Translations under genes and position numbers: made by a program
In this document: positions 1-14,899 of the stretch, one piece after another
How positions within the stretch are numbered: the stretch's first letter is position 1
How the letters are laid out: each line of letters opens with the position of its first letter
The notes under the pieces: generated by a model
The model's database searches: none
What the model was told of the DNA's origin: nothing
Seen by the model: only the letters and a program-made list of their open reading frames with translations
Origin: the human T2T-CHM13v2.0 reference genome, Homo sapiens
Direction of reading: 5' to 3'
DNA length: 64,000 bases
NCBI GenBank assembly: GCA_009914755.4
Contig: CP068257.2
Span: 8,736,001 to 8,800,000 of the forward strand

Positions 1-395
1 ATGGTCTGCATGTGTCTCCCAGAGCTCACATGTTGGAAGCTTAATCCTCTATGTGACAGTGTTGAGAGGCAGGGCCTAATAAGAGTGATTGGATTATGAG
101 ATTCTGCCCCCATGCACGGATTAATGTCACTATCTCAGGAGTAGGTTAGTTATCTTTGGAGTGGGCTTGTATTAAAAGCAAGTTCAGCCCCTTTTGCTCT
201 CTTTCTTTCTGAAAGTCTTGCTCTGCTGCCTTCAGCCATGAGATGACACAGCAAGAAGGCCCTCACCAGATGCAGACCCCCTCATCCTTGGACTTCCTAG
301 CCTCCAGAACTCTAAGAAATAAATTTCTTTTCTTTATAGATTCCCTAGTCTATGATATTCTGTTATAGCCGCACAAAATGGGTTAAGATGCCCCA
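1..395 (+). mobile_element. MaLR/ERVL-type LTR fragment (3' portion)
   Basis: Ends with the motif ...cctccagaactctaagaaataaatttctt...ctatgatattctgttatagccgcacaaaatgggttaag, which is typical of MaLR (MST/MLT-like) LTR 3' ends. Confidence 0.35.
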
Positions 396-654
396 TTACA
401 TGGAGAGTGCTGATCCACAGGGTTAAGATCATTGACTTAGGGCTTGGAGTCTTATACAACATCCCTATGGGAATTGGTCTCCATATTCCCTATCTTCCAG
501 GAATCTCAAACGGTGATCTCAGACCAAAATATAGTCCAGATATTTTGCATTTGGCAATATTGCCCACTTTTCCACAACTTTATCGTGGCAGCTTTGATGT
601 GCTCACTTTTATGATCCCTGAAAGGATATGAGTTCAAGATCCTGCAAGGTTACA

Positions 655-835
655 ATCCAAGGATAGAAGAGCCTAGTCAAGAGTCCCATCACCTGGGTGA
701 TCAGTGCAGAGATATGTCACAAAGCCTCCATAGGCAAAGCCTAGACAAGAGTTACCTCACCTGGGTGATCAGTGCAGAGATATGTCACAAAGCCCCCATA
801 GGCAGAGCCTAGACAAGAGTTACATCACCTGGATG
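655..835. repeat. Tandem repeat, ~62-bp unit x ~3
   Basis: Unit gcctagacaagagttacctcacctgggtgatcagtgcagagatatgtcacaaagcccccatagg recurs with a few substitutions. Confidence 0.6.
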
Positions 836-1056
836 ACAGGCAAACAACAATGACAACTTATTTTCATCCCCAATTCAGTCTTTGAGGTTAGACAGACCTG
901 GATTCAAATCCAAGCTCCACCCCTCACTGTGTGAGCTTGCTCATGCTGCTAACCTCTCTGAGACTTGACTCTTCATTTGTGAAATGAGGATAAAACCCCT
1001 TCTCTCAGGGGCTGTGCCAAAGATGAAATGAGTCATGCATTGGTCAGGACAAGTGA

Positions 1057-1435
<379 letters not shown>

Positions 1436-1597
1436 TTGAGTTCTCAATTGATTTCACATCCATCACGGGTCAACAAAGGGGCTCTGGTGGTCGTAGTCAT
1501 TCAGAGACTCAAACAGACAGACCCTTATCCCAGAAGATGCTCCCACAGTTCCAGAAACAGAGCAAAGAAAACACAATCAGCCATGAGCCACTTCTTA

Positions 1598-1964
<367 letters not shown>

Positions 1965-2574
1965 GTCTCAGGCTATGACTGAACTAGGAGGGTAGAAAGG
2001 ATAGTCATTTTGGTTGCCACAAAACGTCAAAACAAAGATGCAGATCATTGATGTAAAATTACAGTTAGTTCCTTCCCACTCCTTTTCAGCTACTCGTCGT
2101 TACCATGAGCCAGCGTCTCCAGGGTCAGTTTTCAGTCTATTGCCTCCCAGCTCCTAGTGCACCTTTCAATATGTGCACTGTGATAATCTGGGAAACACTG
2201 TTCAATATACCTTCTGGAAGTGAACATTCTGCAGGCATCTAGGTAGAGAATGGAGAGACTGCGGAGGACAAGAGCTCTCTGGCTGGGCTTTGATCATGTT
2301 CAAGCCCCAACCGCAGACCTAGGCATGGTCCCTCAGCCACCTTGTAGCCTTGGCTTGCAACATCTCGACATGGAAACCAAAACGCTGCACGGCCCATGTG
2401 ATATGAAAATTCTTGAAAAGTTGCCCAGACCCCCTCTTGTACCCCTTTTGTAACCTGCACACAGTGACCTGTAGTCTAGAGGGTCCGCACAGAGCTGTCA
2501 TTCCTACTGCCAGACCCTGCAAGACTCACGCGTTCTGGAGGCTTCCTGCCCTACAAAGGCAGCCAGACTCCCTC

Positions 2575-2800
2575 CATGCATCCCTGCACCAGCGGCTCAT
2601 GGCCAGCTCCCTCAAATGCACTCCAGCGGCTCATGGCCAGCTCCCTCACCTGCCCCAACGGCTCACGGCCTGCTCCCTCACCTGCACCAGGTGCTCACGG
2701 CCGGATCCCTCCCCTGCACACCAGCGGCTCACAGCCGGCTCCATCCCCTGCACTCCAGCAGCTCATGGCTGGCTCCCTCACCTGCAATCCAGTGGGTGGC
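2575..2800. repeat. Minisatellite, ~37-bp unit x ~6
   Basis: Repeating ctgcac(t/c)ccagcggctcatggccagctccctcac units. This also creates the overlapping spurious ORFs at 2413-2941. Confidence 0.65.
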
Positions 2801-4535
2801 CTAGTGCTGGTGCAAAAGCTGCTGACTAGCTCCAGCCTGCCCAAACCCACAAACGTCTCTTATGTGGTGGTTGAACCACATTTTATGACATCTGAACACC
2901 TTTCAAATCTGTGCTTCCTTGGGTACCTCCCTCTGCACTAGGGCACCAGGCAGAGTTGCTTTATGTCTTACAGTCACTCTTTTATCATAGTTGCAATCCT
3001 TTATCCTACACTTCCCTGTTAGACCCACTGTGTGGTTTCTATCTTTTGATGGGACCCAGGCTGCTACACACCCTAACCCATGCACATTGCACTTCATTAG
3101 TTCCTCACTATTGGCCAAAGATCATGCTCCACCACCCCTCTCTGCCCCCGACTTTCTTTCCTTAATTGAAACCCCTAAATGTCCTCTTTGCACCCAAAGC
3201 TTACCTGCTCTTCCTTCCCTATATTCTTGGCCACACACAAAAATCTGATGCTCTGGCAAATGCAAAAATGGGGAGAAGGCAGGGGAATCATTTCTCTTCC
3301 CTTACGTAAGCACTGAGGGTAATGTCATTCCATTGTGTGAGGAATAAAAAAATGAGGCATAGAGAGCTGCCATGATTTGCCTGGACCAATGAAGCTGTCA
3401 TGGCAGAAGTGGAACAAAGGTTTAGGTGTCCCGAATGTCAGTCCAGCTCCTATGCCTTCAGAACGTGCTGTGGAGGGAGACACTGGGGGACCCCACTCAT
3501 GCTGAGCACTCAGGGTTACCCAGGTTCTGACAGTGGGGATGTGACAGGCTGAGCTGACTCAGTCCAGTCCTCTTATACCAAATAAGGATGGAAACCCTCA
3601 CATAATAGAAGTGAAGACAGGGAACAAATCCAGGAACAATTAAGAGGCTGATGCCTGGAAGGCCTGGGCAGAATGACAGGGAGATTGGAGCAGAACAGAG
3701 GCCCTAGATGGGGACAAGGGGAAGGAAGTGGCCTCAGGGGCCAGATGACACCTGTCCACTGCACAGAGGCTGGAGCCTTGAGTTCCATCTAGTCCTTGTC
3801 AACTACAATCATTATGCCCTATGGCTCAACGAGTCCTGGAGAAAATGTGTTTTCTGCAGCCTGGGGAGGTGAGAGTAAAACAATTCAGCCTCAAGAAGTT
3901 GAAAGCCCAGGAAATCATAGCACGTGGAGATGGGATTCATATTTAAATTTCCTGCCCTTGACTTCTGGTTTGGCCACTTGACTCACATTGGCCAATGGAT
4001 GTGGTAAAGTGGTTGTCTGCCCATTCTGAGCCTGGGTGGTAAGAGAAGAGATCTTCACATTTCCCTTTGTTCTTTGCACTCCTGCCATTGCCATGAGAAG
4101 AAGGCACCCTGGCAGGCCCCGACCCCAGGAGGATCAGAGACACTTGGAGCAGATCCAGCTCAACCACCACATTTCGATCTGAAACCTCCCAAGCAACCCA
4201 TGCTCATGAGTGAGAAATGGTGGCCTATGGTCGTAGGCCTCTGAGGTGTGGGATTACTTGTTACAAAGCTAGAGTTAATTAATAGAGATTTCTACCTCAC
4301 ATCCCTACAAATCAAATAACAAAGGAAATAAAATATGAAAAGCAGATTTCCAATTTTTAGAAGAAAACAGAGGACATATTTTATGACACTAAGCAGAGAG
4401 AAAAATTTTATATGACACAAAACACAGACACCGTAAAATAAATTACTGATAAATTCATTCAGTTGTATTAAATGTAGAAGCTTTGATCTGACAAAAGAGG
4501 CGATGAATAAAGTTAAAAGACAAAGACAGTGCATG

Positions 4536-4890
4536 ATATGATTTGGCTGTGTGTCCCCACCTAAATCTCATCTTGAATTGTCTTCCCATAATTCTCCTGT
4601 GTCCTGGGAGGGACCTAGTGGGAGATAATTGGAATCATGGGGGCCGTTCCCCCATACTGTTCTCCTGGTAGTGAATAAGTCTCACGAGATCTGACGGTTT
4701 TATCAGGGGGTTCCACTTTTGCATCATCCTCATTTTTCTCTGGCCACTGCCATTTAAGAAGTGCCTTTCACCTCCCACCATGATTCTGAGGCCTCTTCCG
4801 TCATGTGGAACTGTAAGTCCAATTAAACCTCTTTTTCTTCCCAGTCTGGGTTACGCCTTTATCGGCAGTGTGAAAATGGACTAATACAGT
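4536..4890 (+). mobile_element. THE1/MST-type MaLR LTR
   Basis: Starts tgatatgatttggctgtgtgtccccacctaaatctcatcttgaattgtcttcccataattctcctgtgtcctgggagggacc, which matches the THE1 LTR 5' end. Ends ...gtaagtccaattaaacctctttttcttcccagtctgggtta. Confidence 0.6.
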
Positions 4891-4966
4891 GCACCAATAG
4901 GGAAAACATATTTGTAAGGTATTTGGCCAAAAAAGCATTGATATCCAGATCATTAAAATCAAAATT

Positions 4967-5257
4967 GGCCAGTCGTGTTGACTCATGCCTGTAATCCCAG
5001 CACTTTGGGAAGCTGAGGCAGGTGGATCACCTGAGGTCGGGAGTTCGAGACCAGTCTGACCTACATGGAGAAACCCCGTCTCTACTAAAAATACAAAATT
5101 ATCTGGGCTTGGTGGCACTTACCTGCAATCCCAGCTACTCAGAAGGCTGAGGCAGGAGAATCGCTTGAACCAGGGAGGCGGAAGTTGTGGTGAGCCGCGA
5201 TAGTGCCATTGCACTCCCACCTAGGCAACAAGTGCAAAACTCCGTCTAAAAAAAAAA
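4967..5257 (+). mobile_element. Alu SINE
   Basis: ggccagtcgtgttgactcatgcctgtaatcccagcactttggga... with a poly-A tail at 5248-5257. Confidence 0.9.
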
Positions 5258-7244
5258 TAGTACTTACAAGTCAGCAAGGAGAAACCAAAGATCCAACAGA
5301 CTTATGGACCAGGAGCAATTCACAGAGAAGGAGACCCGAAGGGCTGGGAAACACAAGGCACACGTTCAGCTGCACTGCAAATTCCAGGAACAATATCAAA
5401 AAGTGCGATAACAAATATTGATGAAAATGAGTGAAGATGGATGTGAGCACTGCTGGCGAGGGGCATTGTGAGGACTCCAGCCCCAAGGTCATCTGGCTGT
5501 GCTTCCTAGGAAGGGCTGACAACAGACCTGTCCCAAGACCCCAAGTCTCACCAGGCTACGTGCAGGCTTTGGACCAGAACATCAGCATCATCTTGGGGTG
5601 GTGGTTGCAGGGGGAGGCACGCATCCTCTGCTCACCAGAAATGCAGAATTCTGGATTCATCTGGAAGATATTGTTGAAGGGAAAAGCAACTTTCAGGAGA
5701 GTATGTATGGACTGCTATTTGTATAAAATTGCAAAAACAGACCAAAAAAATACTATCCATTCTTCATGGACATGCACACTAGGTATTAAACATGGATGGG
5801 AAGACACACATTGACTTCAGAATAGTGGGAGGGTGGTGGTAACTGGACTGGAAAAGGGGCATATAACTTGAGCTTCAGCTTGAATATTATGGCTGAATCC
5901 GTAATGTTTTCTTCCCTTAAACTCTGGAGCAAATGCATCCAAATGTTACCACATTTGAATTTTAACTGGGAGGTACAAGAAAGTTTAATACCATTATCCT
6001 CTACGCAGTCCTGTGTGTTTGTAATATTGAGCCATATTTTTTAAACACTTGACTCAGCATGAAAGGAAGCTTGCCTACATGGTAACAATGGTTATCTTTA
6101 GGTAGCAGAATTCAAGACTGCTTCTTTTTTCTTTTCTTCCTACTTGTATGTTATCTCTATTTCCCTGTGTGAGGATTTATGACTGTTGTGATGAAAAGGC
6201 TAGTATTCTAACTCCCTGCATCATAAGCACACACCGTGCCCTGGCTGGCAGGATGGGGAGGAGGGAGCGTGTCTGTTCACCTGGCCAGCCCTAGGCAACT
6301 CTGCAGAGAAAGACACAGGCACTTCCCCTCTGCAGCCAAAGAGTTAAGAAGGCTCGATGTGAAATGAATCATTCCAGGGGAGCTAAATCCCGACCTTATC
6401 TAATTCTGTATCCTGAGGCTGATTAATTTAAACTCAAAAATAAAATAAACATCATCTTTAAATAGGGATTAAATACTCAGCGGGGTCCTTAGTTGAACAA
6501 ACTGACATACACTTTATGGTATGGATTCAAGGGGCCCAGGGTGGGGCGAGGGCTATCTGTGGGGATGCTAGCTGAGCTAATGAGAGAAAATCGCCAGTGC
6601 TCCTGGATTCCGGAGTGCATTCACCTTTAGCTTCTTCTCTGGATACCCGCAGAAAACCAAAGAGCCACCCTGTGGCAGGATCTTCACACAGGAAGTGGGC
6701 TTGTGCCCTGTGTCCCCGAGGGAGAAAGAATTATGGAGGGAGTGGGTGAAGAGTTTGGAGGAAACCCCTGATGTTCTTAGAAAACAGTAGGAAAGAGATT
6801 CCCTTGGCTGGGCATTGTTCACAAATAGGAGACAAATGCATGAACTAAAAACAGAGACTCCCAGCTCCCTCCATGGTCCCTGAGTTCAGAAGGGAACTCA
6901 GGGAGGTGGGGCAAGTAAAAAATTGAGTGGGTTATCTGACATGCACCTGGAGAGACCCACGAACCTGAGTCAGGCATGAGAGTGGGCAGCTGGTGGATTC
7001 TTCCAGACCTGCAGCATAAAGCCAGGCGGACGTCCCAAGAACAAGCCATGTCTGCAGAGGCCTCTACTGCATCCCTGCCTCATGGACACAATGTCACAGA
7101 ACAGAATTACATCATGTGGGAGGCCATGTGCAGTGTGAGTGTCATAATGGAGCTGGACCCAGAAGGTCCCAGACCCAGGTCCAGCTACGTCTCTGCTATA
7201 GTCAATGTTTGTGTGTCCCTAAAATCCGTGTGTTAAAACTAATC

Positions 7245-7560
7245 CCTGATAGGTTAGGTTTGAATTAGGAGGCAAAGACTTTAGGAAGTGATTTCACCAT
7301 GAAAGCAAAGAGCCCATGAATGGGATAAGAGGCCTTGTAAAAGGGAGAAAAGGGAGCTTGTTCTCTCCTTCCACCATGTGAGGACACAGCTAGGAGGTGC
7401 CCTCTGTAAGATACAGGTCCTCAACAGACACCTAATCTGCCACTACTTTGACCTTCCACTTGCCAGCATCCAGACCTATGAGACAAAATTTCTGCTGCTT
7501 ATAAGCCCCCTAGGCTAAGGTATTTTGTTACGGCAGCCCAAATGGAATAAGACAGCCTCT
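7245..7560 (+). mobile_element. Old LTR-like interspersed repeat (MaLR/MER-type)
   Basis: Contains ...ccaccatgtgaggacacagctaggaggtgccctctgtaag...ccagcatccagacctatgagacaaaatttctgctgcttataagccccctaggctaaggtattttgttacggcagccc, a common mammalian repeat motif. Confidence 0.3.
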
Positions 7561-8574
7561 GACCATCTTGAGCAACTCACTTATCTGTTGAACTCTCCAC
7601 AGATTTAACTGTGATGAAATCCCTTCAACAGATGTATATTGAACACCTACTATGTATAAGGACACACTGTGTTATTAGATAGGGTATAAAGAAAGTCACA
7701 GTTCCCCAGAGGTAGGCACTGCCATAGCTGAAGAGCCAACCCAAGTTGCTGTTGCCAGTGGGGGAAGGGCTGGGTGTCAGAGAAGAAGAGAACTTGCCAA
7801 AGTCCATGTCTGCAGCAATATTGGAACGTCTAATGGATGGTTCCCAAAGTGGTGACTCCTCATCTTCTTACAAAAACTCGTAGTTGTCTCTGTGTAAAGT
7901 CTTCCCAGAAATGCAGGGCAGTTGAGAATATGCAGATCAGAAAAGACAAGAGGATAGAGAGAGCAGATTCTTGGCATCAGCAGCCACGGACTTCTTGCAG
8001 GAAGGAAAGCATTTCTCCTGGATCCCTGGGTAGTAGATAAACGTACAGAAATATATTTGTTGGCTATTTGATTCATGGACTTTGAACATTTTCAGACCGA
8101 GAGGCTGAGAATCTTCTCCAACCAGATGGTGTGGGGCGTGGAAGTACAGAAAGGGATCAAAGGAGGAGGAAAGCAGAGCAATGAGAAGGGAGCTGTCAGC
8201 ATGACCAACACAGACACCTGGGTCTCTGCTACCAACAATACGAGCTAATGTATAATGATTGCAGGTCTGTAAACAGCAGGCTTTCCATATCACATGTGGC
8301 AAGCTCTGATGACAACCCTGTGTGACATGTATGGTTGTCAGAGGCAGAATGTTGCTAAATAATCACACACAACTGGTGGAATGCCAGAGAGTTTGGTTTT
8401 ACTTGGTCATCTTCCTGTTTGCTTACTATTTGTCCCATCTGTAGTTTGTTCTCCTGTTCCTCTTTGACTTCTTTTGAATTTGTTGAGTATTTTTATTTCA
8501 TTTAATCTTCTTTGTTGGCCTTTTTCCTATAACTATTTTTGCTTCATTTGGTTTTGAGTTTTAACCATTGCTCT

Positions 8575-8974
8575 ATGGTTTATGGTATATCATATGGTTT
8601 GGATCTGTGTCCCTACCCAAATCTCATGTGGAAATATAATCCCCAATGCCACAAGTGGGGCCTGGAGGGAGGTGATTGGACCATGGAGCCGGTTTCTCAT
8701 GTTTTAACACCATCCCCACTTGGTACTATATAGCGAGTGAGTTCTCACAAGATCTGGTTATTTAATAGTGTGTGGCACCTCCCCCTCTCTCTTCCTCCTG
8801 CTCCAGTCACATAAGAAGTGCCTGCTTCCCTTTTGCCTTCCGTCATGATTGTAAGCTCCCTGAGGCCTCCCCAGAAGCCGAGCAGATGACAGAATCACGC
8901 TTCCTGTACAGCCTGCAGAACTGTGAGCCAATTAAACCTCTTTTCTTCATAAATTACCCAGTCTCAGACATTTA
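8575..8974 (+). mobile_element. MaLR-type LTR (THE1/MST-like)
   Basis: atcatatggtttggatctgtgtccctacccaaatctcatgtggaaat...gccttccgtcatgattgtaagctccctgaggcctcccc...gaactgtgagccaattaaacctcttttcttcataaattacccagtctcagac. Confidence 0.55.
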
Positions 8975-9267
8975 TTTTTTGAGACGTAGTCTCGCTCTGT
9001 CACCCAGGCTGCAGTGAAGTGGTGCAATCTCAGCTCACTGCAATGTCTGCCTCCCTGGTTCAAGTGATTCTGCTGCCTCAGCCTCCCGAGTAGCTCAGCT
9101 GGGACTACAGGCATATGCCACCAAGCCCACCTATTTTTCTGTGTATTTTTAGTAGACACAGGGTTTCACCATGTTGGCCAGGTTGGTCTCAATCTCCTGA
9201 ACTCGTAATCCATGCGCCTCAGCCTCCCAAAGTGCTGGGATTACAGGAGTGAGCCAGCATGCCCAGC
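8975..9267 (-). mobile_element. Alu SINE
   Basis: Reverse-complement Alu ending ...gagccagcatgcccagcc. Flanked by a direct repeat cccagtctcaga(c/t)attt, which I read as a target-site duplication. Confidence 0.9.
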
Positions 9268-9292
9268 CCCAGTCTCAGATATTTCTTTTTTT

Positions 9293-10170
9293 TAAAAAAT
9301 TCATTTATTATTATTTTTTTAAGTATTATAATTATACTTTAAGTTTTAGGGTACATGTGCACAACGTTCAGGTTTGTTACATATGTATACATGTGTCATG
9401 TTGGTGTGCTGCACCCATTAACTCGTCATTTAGCATTAGGTATATCTCCTAATGCTATCCCTTCCCCCTCCCCCCACCCCACAACAGTCCCCAGTGTGTG
9501 ATATCTCCCTTCCTGTGTCCATGTGTTCTCATTGTTCAATTCCCACCTATGAGTGAGAACAGGTGGTGTTTGGTTTTTTGTCCTTGTGGTAGTTTGCTGA
9601 GAATGATGGTTTCCAGTTTCATCCATGTCCCTACAAAGGCCATGAACTCATCCTTTTTATGGCCGCATAGTATTCCATGGTGTATATGTGCCACATTTTC
9701 TTAATCCAGTCTATCATTGTTGGACATTTGGGTTGGTTCCAAGTCTTTGCTATTGTGAATAGTGCCACAATAAACATATGTGTGCATGTGTCTTTATAGC
9801 AACATGATTTATAATCCTTTGGTTATATACCCAGCAATGAGATGACTGGGTCAAATGGTATTTCTAGTTCTAGATCCCTGAGGAATCACCACACTGACTT
9901 CCACAATGGTTGAACTAGTTTACAGTCCCACCAACAGTGTAAAAGTGTTCCTATTTCTCCACATCCTCTCCAGCAACTGTAGTTTCCTGACTTTTCAACG
10001 ATCACCATTCTAACTGGTGTGAGATGGTATATCATTGTGGTTTTGATTTGCATTTCTCTGATGGCCAGTGATGATATTGTGGTTTTGATTTGCATTTCTC
10101 TGATGGCCAGTGATGATGAGCATTTTTTCATGTGTTTTTTTGGCTGCATAATGTCTTCTTTTGAGAAGCG
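9293..10170 (-). mobile_element. L1 3'-end fragment (ORF2 C-terminus plus 3'UTR), 5'-truncated
   Basis: ttatactttaagttttagggtacatgtgcacaacgttcaggtttgttacatatgtatacatgtg...gggtgcagcacaccaac is the reverse complement of the L1 3' terminus. The ORF at 9886-10149 (-) encodes the L1 ORF2 tail. Confidence 0.85.
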
Positions 10171-10682
10171 TCAGACATTTCTTTATAGCAGTTCAAGAAC
10201 AGACTAATACAGTATATGTATTTAACTTAGCATTGGCTGCCATCAACATTATACCACTTCACATAGAGGATAAGAACCTTAAAATAGTGCCCATTCATTT
10301 CCCTCCTTTTGGGTTTTGTGTTATTGTTTTCATGCATTTTACGTCTGTATGTGCTGTAAACTCACATTAATTTGTCATCATTTTTGCCTTAAACAGTCAA
10401 TTATCTTTTAAAAATGCTTTTTAATGTCGTATTTTTGCTCACACATTTGCCATCTCTGGTGCTCTACATTCTTTTGTGTAGATCTGGACTTCCATCTGGT
10501 TTCACTTTCCCTCTGCCTGAAGGATTTCCTTTAATATTCCTTGTAGTGAGGACTTGCAGTTAATGCATTCTTCAAGCTTTTTAATGTCTGAAAGTCTTTA
10601 TTTCACTATCATTTTTGAAAGATATTTTTGCTGGGTGTAGAATTCTAGACTGGCAATCGTTTTATCCTTAAGTATTTTATAG

Positions 10683-11410
<728 letters not shown>

Positions 11411-14400
11411 TAACCTTTCAGATTTTATCTTTGTCACTGGTTTGGGGCAATTTGATTATGATATGCTTCAGTGTGTCATCCTCATGTCTCTTGTGCTAGG
11501 GGTTCGTTGGTTCTTAGATCTCTGGGTTTACAGTTTTTCTCAAATTTAAATTTTTTCAGCCACAGTTTTTTCAAATATTTTTTCTTCTACTCCTCCCCAC
11601 CTTCTTCAGGAACTCCAATTCCACATATATTAGTCCTGTTGGTGCTGATTTTCTGTTCAGTTTTTTCCATTATTTTCTCCATGTTCCATTTTTGATAGTT
11701 TCTACTGCTACATCTTCCAGTTGACCAATCCTTTTTTATATAATATCTATTCTATTTTAAATGCCATTTAGTATATTTTTCATCTCAGACATTGTATTTT
11801 TCACCTCTAGAAATTCAAGCTGGGTCTTCCATGTCTCTACTTCCATGTTCTAGCTTCCCTTTACCTTCTTCTTGTGGAATGTTATCATTACAATAACTGT
11901 TTTAATATTGTTGCCTACTAATTCCATCTTATTTGCCATTTCTGTATCTATTGATCAAGTTTTCTTCTCATTATTGAGACATTTCCTTTTTCTATATATG
12001 ACTGGTAATTTTCAGCTGAATGGCAGACAAAGTGAAATTTATCTTATTGTGCATTGGATATTGTTGGGTTCCTACAAATATTATTGAGCTATGTTCTAGG
12101 ATGCAGTTAAATTATCTGGAAAGATTTTGGTTCTTTGATGGTTTTCTTTGAGGTCTTGTTAAGTAGGACCTTAGCAGCCTCAGCCTAGATCTAATCTTCC
12201 ACATTACTGAGGCAACTCTTTTCTGAGTGTTCCATCAAATGGTCCGGGAAGTATAAGATTTGTCCACTGTTGCTGGTGGGAACAACAAATATGCTGGTTC
12301 TGTGGGAGGTTCAAGCATTGTTCTTTCTGTTACCTTCAGGTATTTTTTCCCCCAGACTTGTAGTTTACACACATACACGTGCTGATCAGTATTTAGCTGA
12401 AGACTCTGGAGGTTTTTTGTTTTGTGTCTTTGTCCTTTTCATTCCCGAAATACTCTGCCCTGCAGAGTTTACCTGAGCTTCTTTAGTCTCCCTGGACTCC
12501 CAGCTTCATCTCCTCAACTCAGAACCAACACCAGGCTCAGCCTGGGTTCTCCCTCCTTGAGCTGTGGCCTAGAAATGGTTTGCCTTCTGGTCACCACACC
12601 TGGGCAGTCCAGAGTCACAAGAAACTCTAGGCCATGTGGCAGAATGCCCACTGTCCCCACTTCACCACACTGTACTCTCTCCATCCAGTGCTAGCTGCAG
12701 CCACGCTGCCTCACAGTCCAGAATGCTAGCCAGAGACCAAGCTTTCTGCAGCACCTTGGCTGGGGCTCACAGATAAGAATGGCCAAGCAGTGCTCCCAGA
12801 AGACAGCAGATGCCATCAATCAGTTTTACATCAGCGAGGCACTGAGAATCTCTGGACACCAGAAGTGTCCTCTGTTGCCAGAGCTGAACTCTCAAATGAA
12901 GACTCCAGAAGGCCCTAAAATGTGGGCAAGCTCCCATCATTGCCTGTCTGTGGCCACAAGGACACAGATTCTTTCCATGGCTGGTGAGATATCCAGCACA
13001 CTGGGGACTCTGTAAAGCCCCTTTTCAACTTTAGGCCTTAGCTGAGCTCTCCATTTACCTCAGACCAGGCAGTGCACATTATGGGGGACACCACTGGGTG
13101 CTGGGATGAGAATGGCACTTGGCATGTGAGCTAGGATTGAGAGCCCATCGCTCTCTTCCCCAGGGAGGTGGTGGCCAGTTACCATCTCTGGCTTCTGTCC
13201 CCTTACCAGCCTCCTCTGCTACAATTGCATTTCTGGCAGGCAGTGGATCAGGGAAGCACTGGCAGTTGAGGACCATGTGGAGAACCACTACTGGCCAAGC
13301 ATTACCAACCTGACAGCAGAACAGGAGTGCAGCAGTGCTGAGGTGAACTTGACATAGAACTTTGAGACCATGAAGGCAGCCAACACTTCCAACTTATCAC
13401 AACCTGTCTCTCACATAGATTTATTGTAGAAGAACTCAACCATCTCCATGTCAACAAGAAATGGTCCTCTAAACCGTCACCCTTGGATTTAGATCATGAG
13501 GCTGTCCTGTCTTTAGTATGGAACTGAAAAGCTTTAATTTCCACAAAAATGTAAGGTTTTGGGCTACAGCCTTATTAAAACAAACAAATATGAGCATAGT
13601 GGTCTACAGATGGAATATCTGGGGCTCTAAACAAACTGCTCCTTGAAAGTGTAATCACTGTCTTTTTGTTTGTTTATTTAGCCTGGTAGGACAATGTCAG
13701 AAATTTCCTTGGTCATAGGGAATATAAAACATAGTGTGAACAAAAGCAGCAATAAAGCTACAAACTATTTTTTGGTGTATTTGCTTAAGTATAAGATAGC
13801 TGATTGGGGCTTTATCATGTAACGTTAGTTTGCTTAGTTTTCATTATGTTTGTTAAACTTGAATTGTGAATAAATATATGGCTGATTCACATTGTAATTA
13901 AACTGCACATTGACATAAACTGTACATTAAAAGTTGCTGCACACAGTCATCCAAAATAATACTTAGGTAAAACCAAAAATACTATAAACCAATCTCAAGG
14001 AACCTACCCTAAAATAAAAATACAGTTAAAATGGAATTGCAAAACTAGAATGGGAGAAATATTTACCCATAAAATCTTGTTTGGAACATTGATATAACAC
14101 TAGAAAAGAATTTTTCTAAATAACCACAATGTTCAACAGTGACTGTGCATCTGTGAAGACCAGGCATTTTGAATCATTGCCCTGTGGTGTGTGGCAGTAC
14201 AATTTTACAGAAATGAACTACAATAATTAATAAAATTCTCTAATGGGAAGATTTTAATGAGTAAGTATTTACACAATAAATATTTATAATGTTGGTGCTA
14301 TTATTTCACAAAATAAAAAAAGCTGTATCACAGCCTTTAAAAGCAAATAATAGCCTTACATTTCTAAATAAAGAAAAAAATATAAATTTTATGAAATATG

Positions 14401-14772
14401 GTTAAGAGTAATTGATAAAATAACAGTTGCGGCATAAATTATATTATAGTTTGGATAGAAGTTGAAAAAGTGGATGAAAATTTTAATGAGCCCTTTTTGC
14501 CTGCACTAAACTTAATCTTATACGTGAAAATTATAATATATATAGGGTACCTACTAGCTATCTAATTTACTTTTTACACAATGTATAAATCCTAGCCTAT
14601 TGGTCTTAATATTTGAACCTAAAATAACACACAAACATACAAGAGAACAAACTAAGGAAGAAATGTATGGAGACAGTGACATTATCAAAGTGGTGGAATA
14701 GGGGTTCCCTACTTTTGTATTCTCCTGCAGCAATAAAAACTAGTCAGCCATCCATCAACCAAAGTAACTTTA

Positions 14773-14885
14773 TGAGAGATCCAGGCACAGTGGCTCATGA
14801 CAGTAATCTCCTCCATTCAGGAGCCTGAGGTGGGAGGACTGCTTCAGGCCAGGCGTTCAAGAACAGCCTGGGCAATATGGTGAGC
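14773..14885 (+). mobile_element. Alu-monomer (FLAM-like) fragment
   Basis: ccaggcacagtggctcatgacagtaatc...gcctgaggtgggaggactgcttcaggccaggcgttcaagaacagcctgggcaatatggtgag. Confidence 0.5.
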
Positions 14886-14899
14886 TTTGGGATACAGGG

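Noticed and set aside
10033-10110. A 38-bp direct duplication (attgtggttttgatttgcatttctctgatggccagtgatgat twice) inside the L1 3' fragment
   Set aside because: It is a trivial local tandem duplication within a decayed L1. It explains the duplicated peptide in ORF 9886-10149 and has no functional implication.
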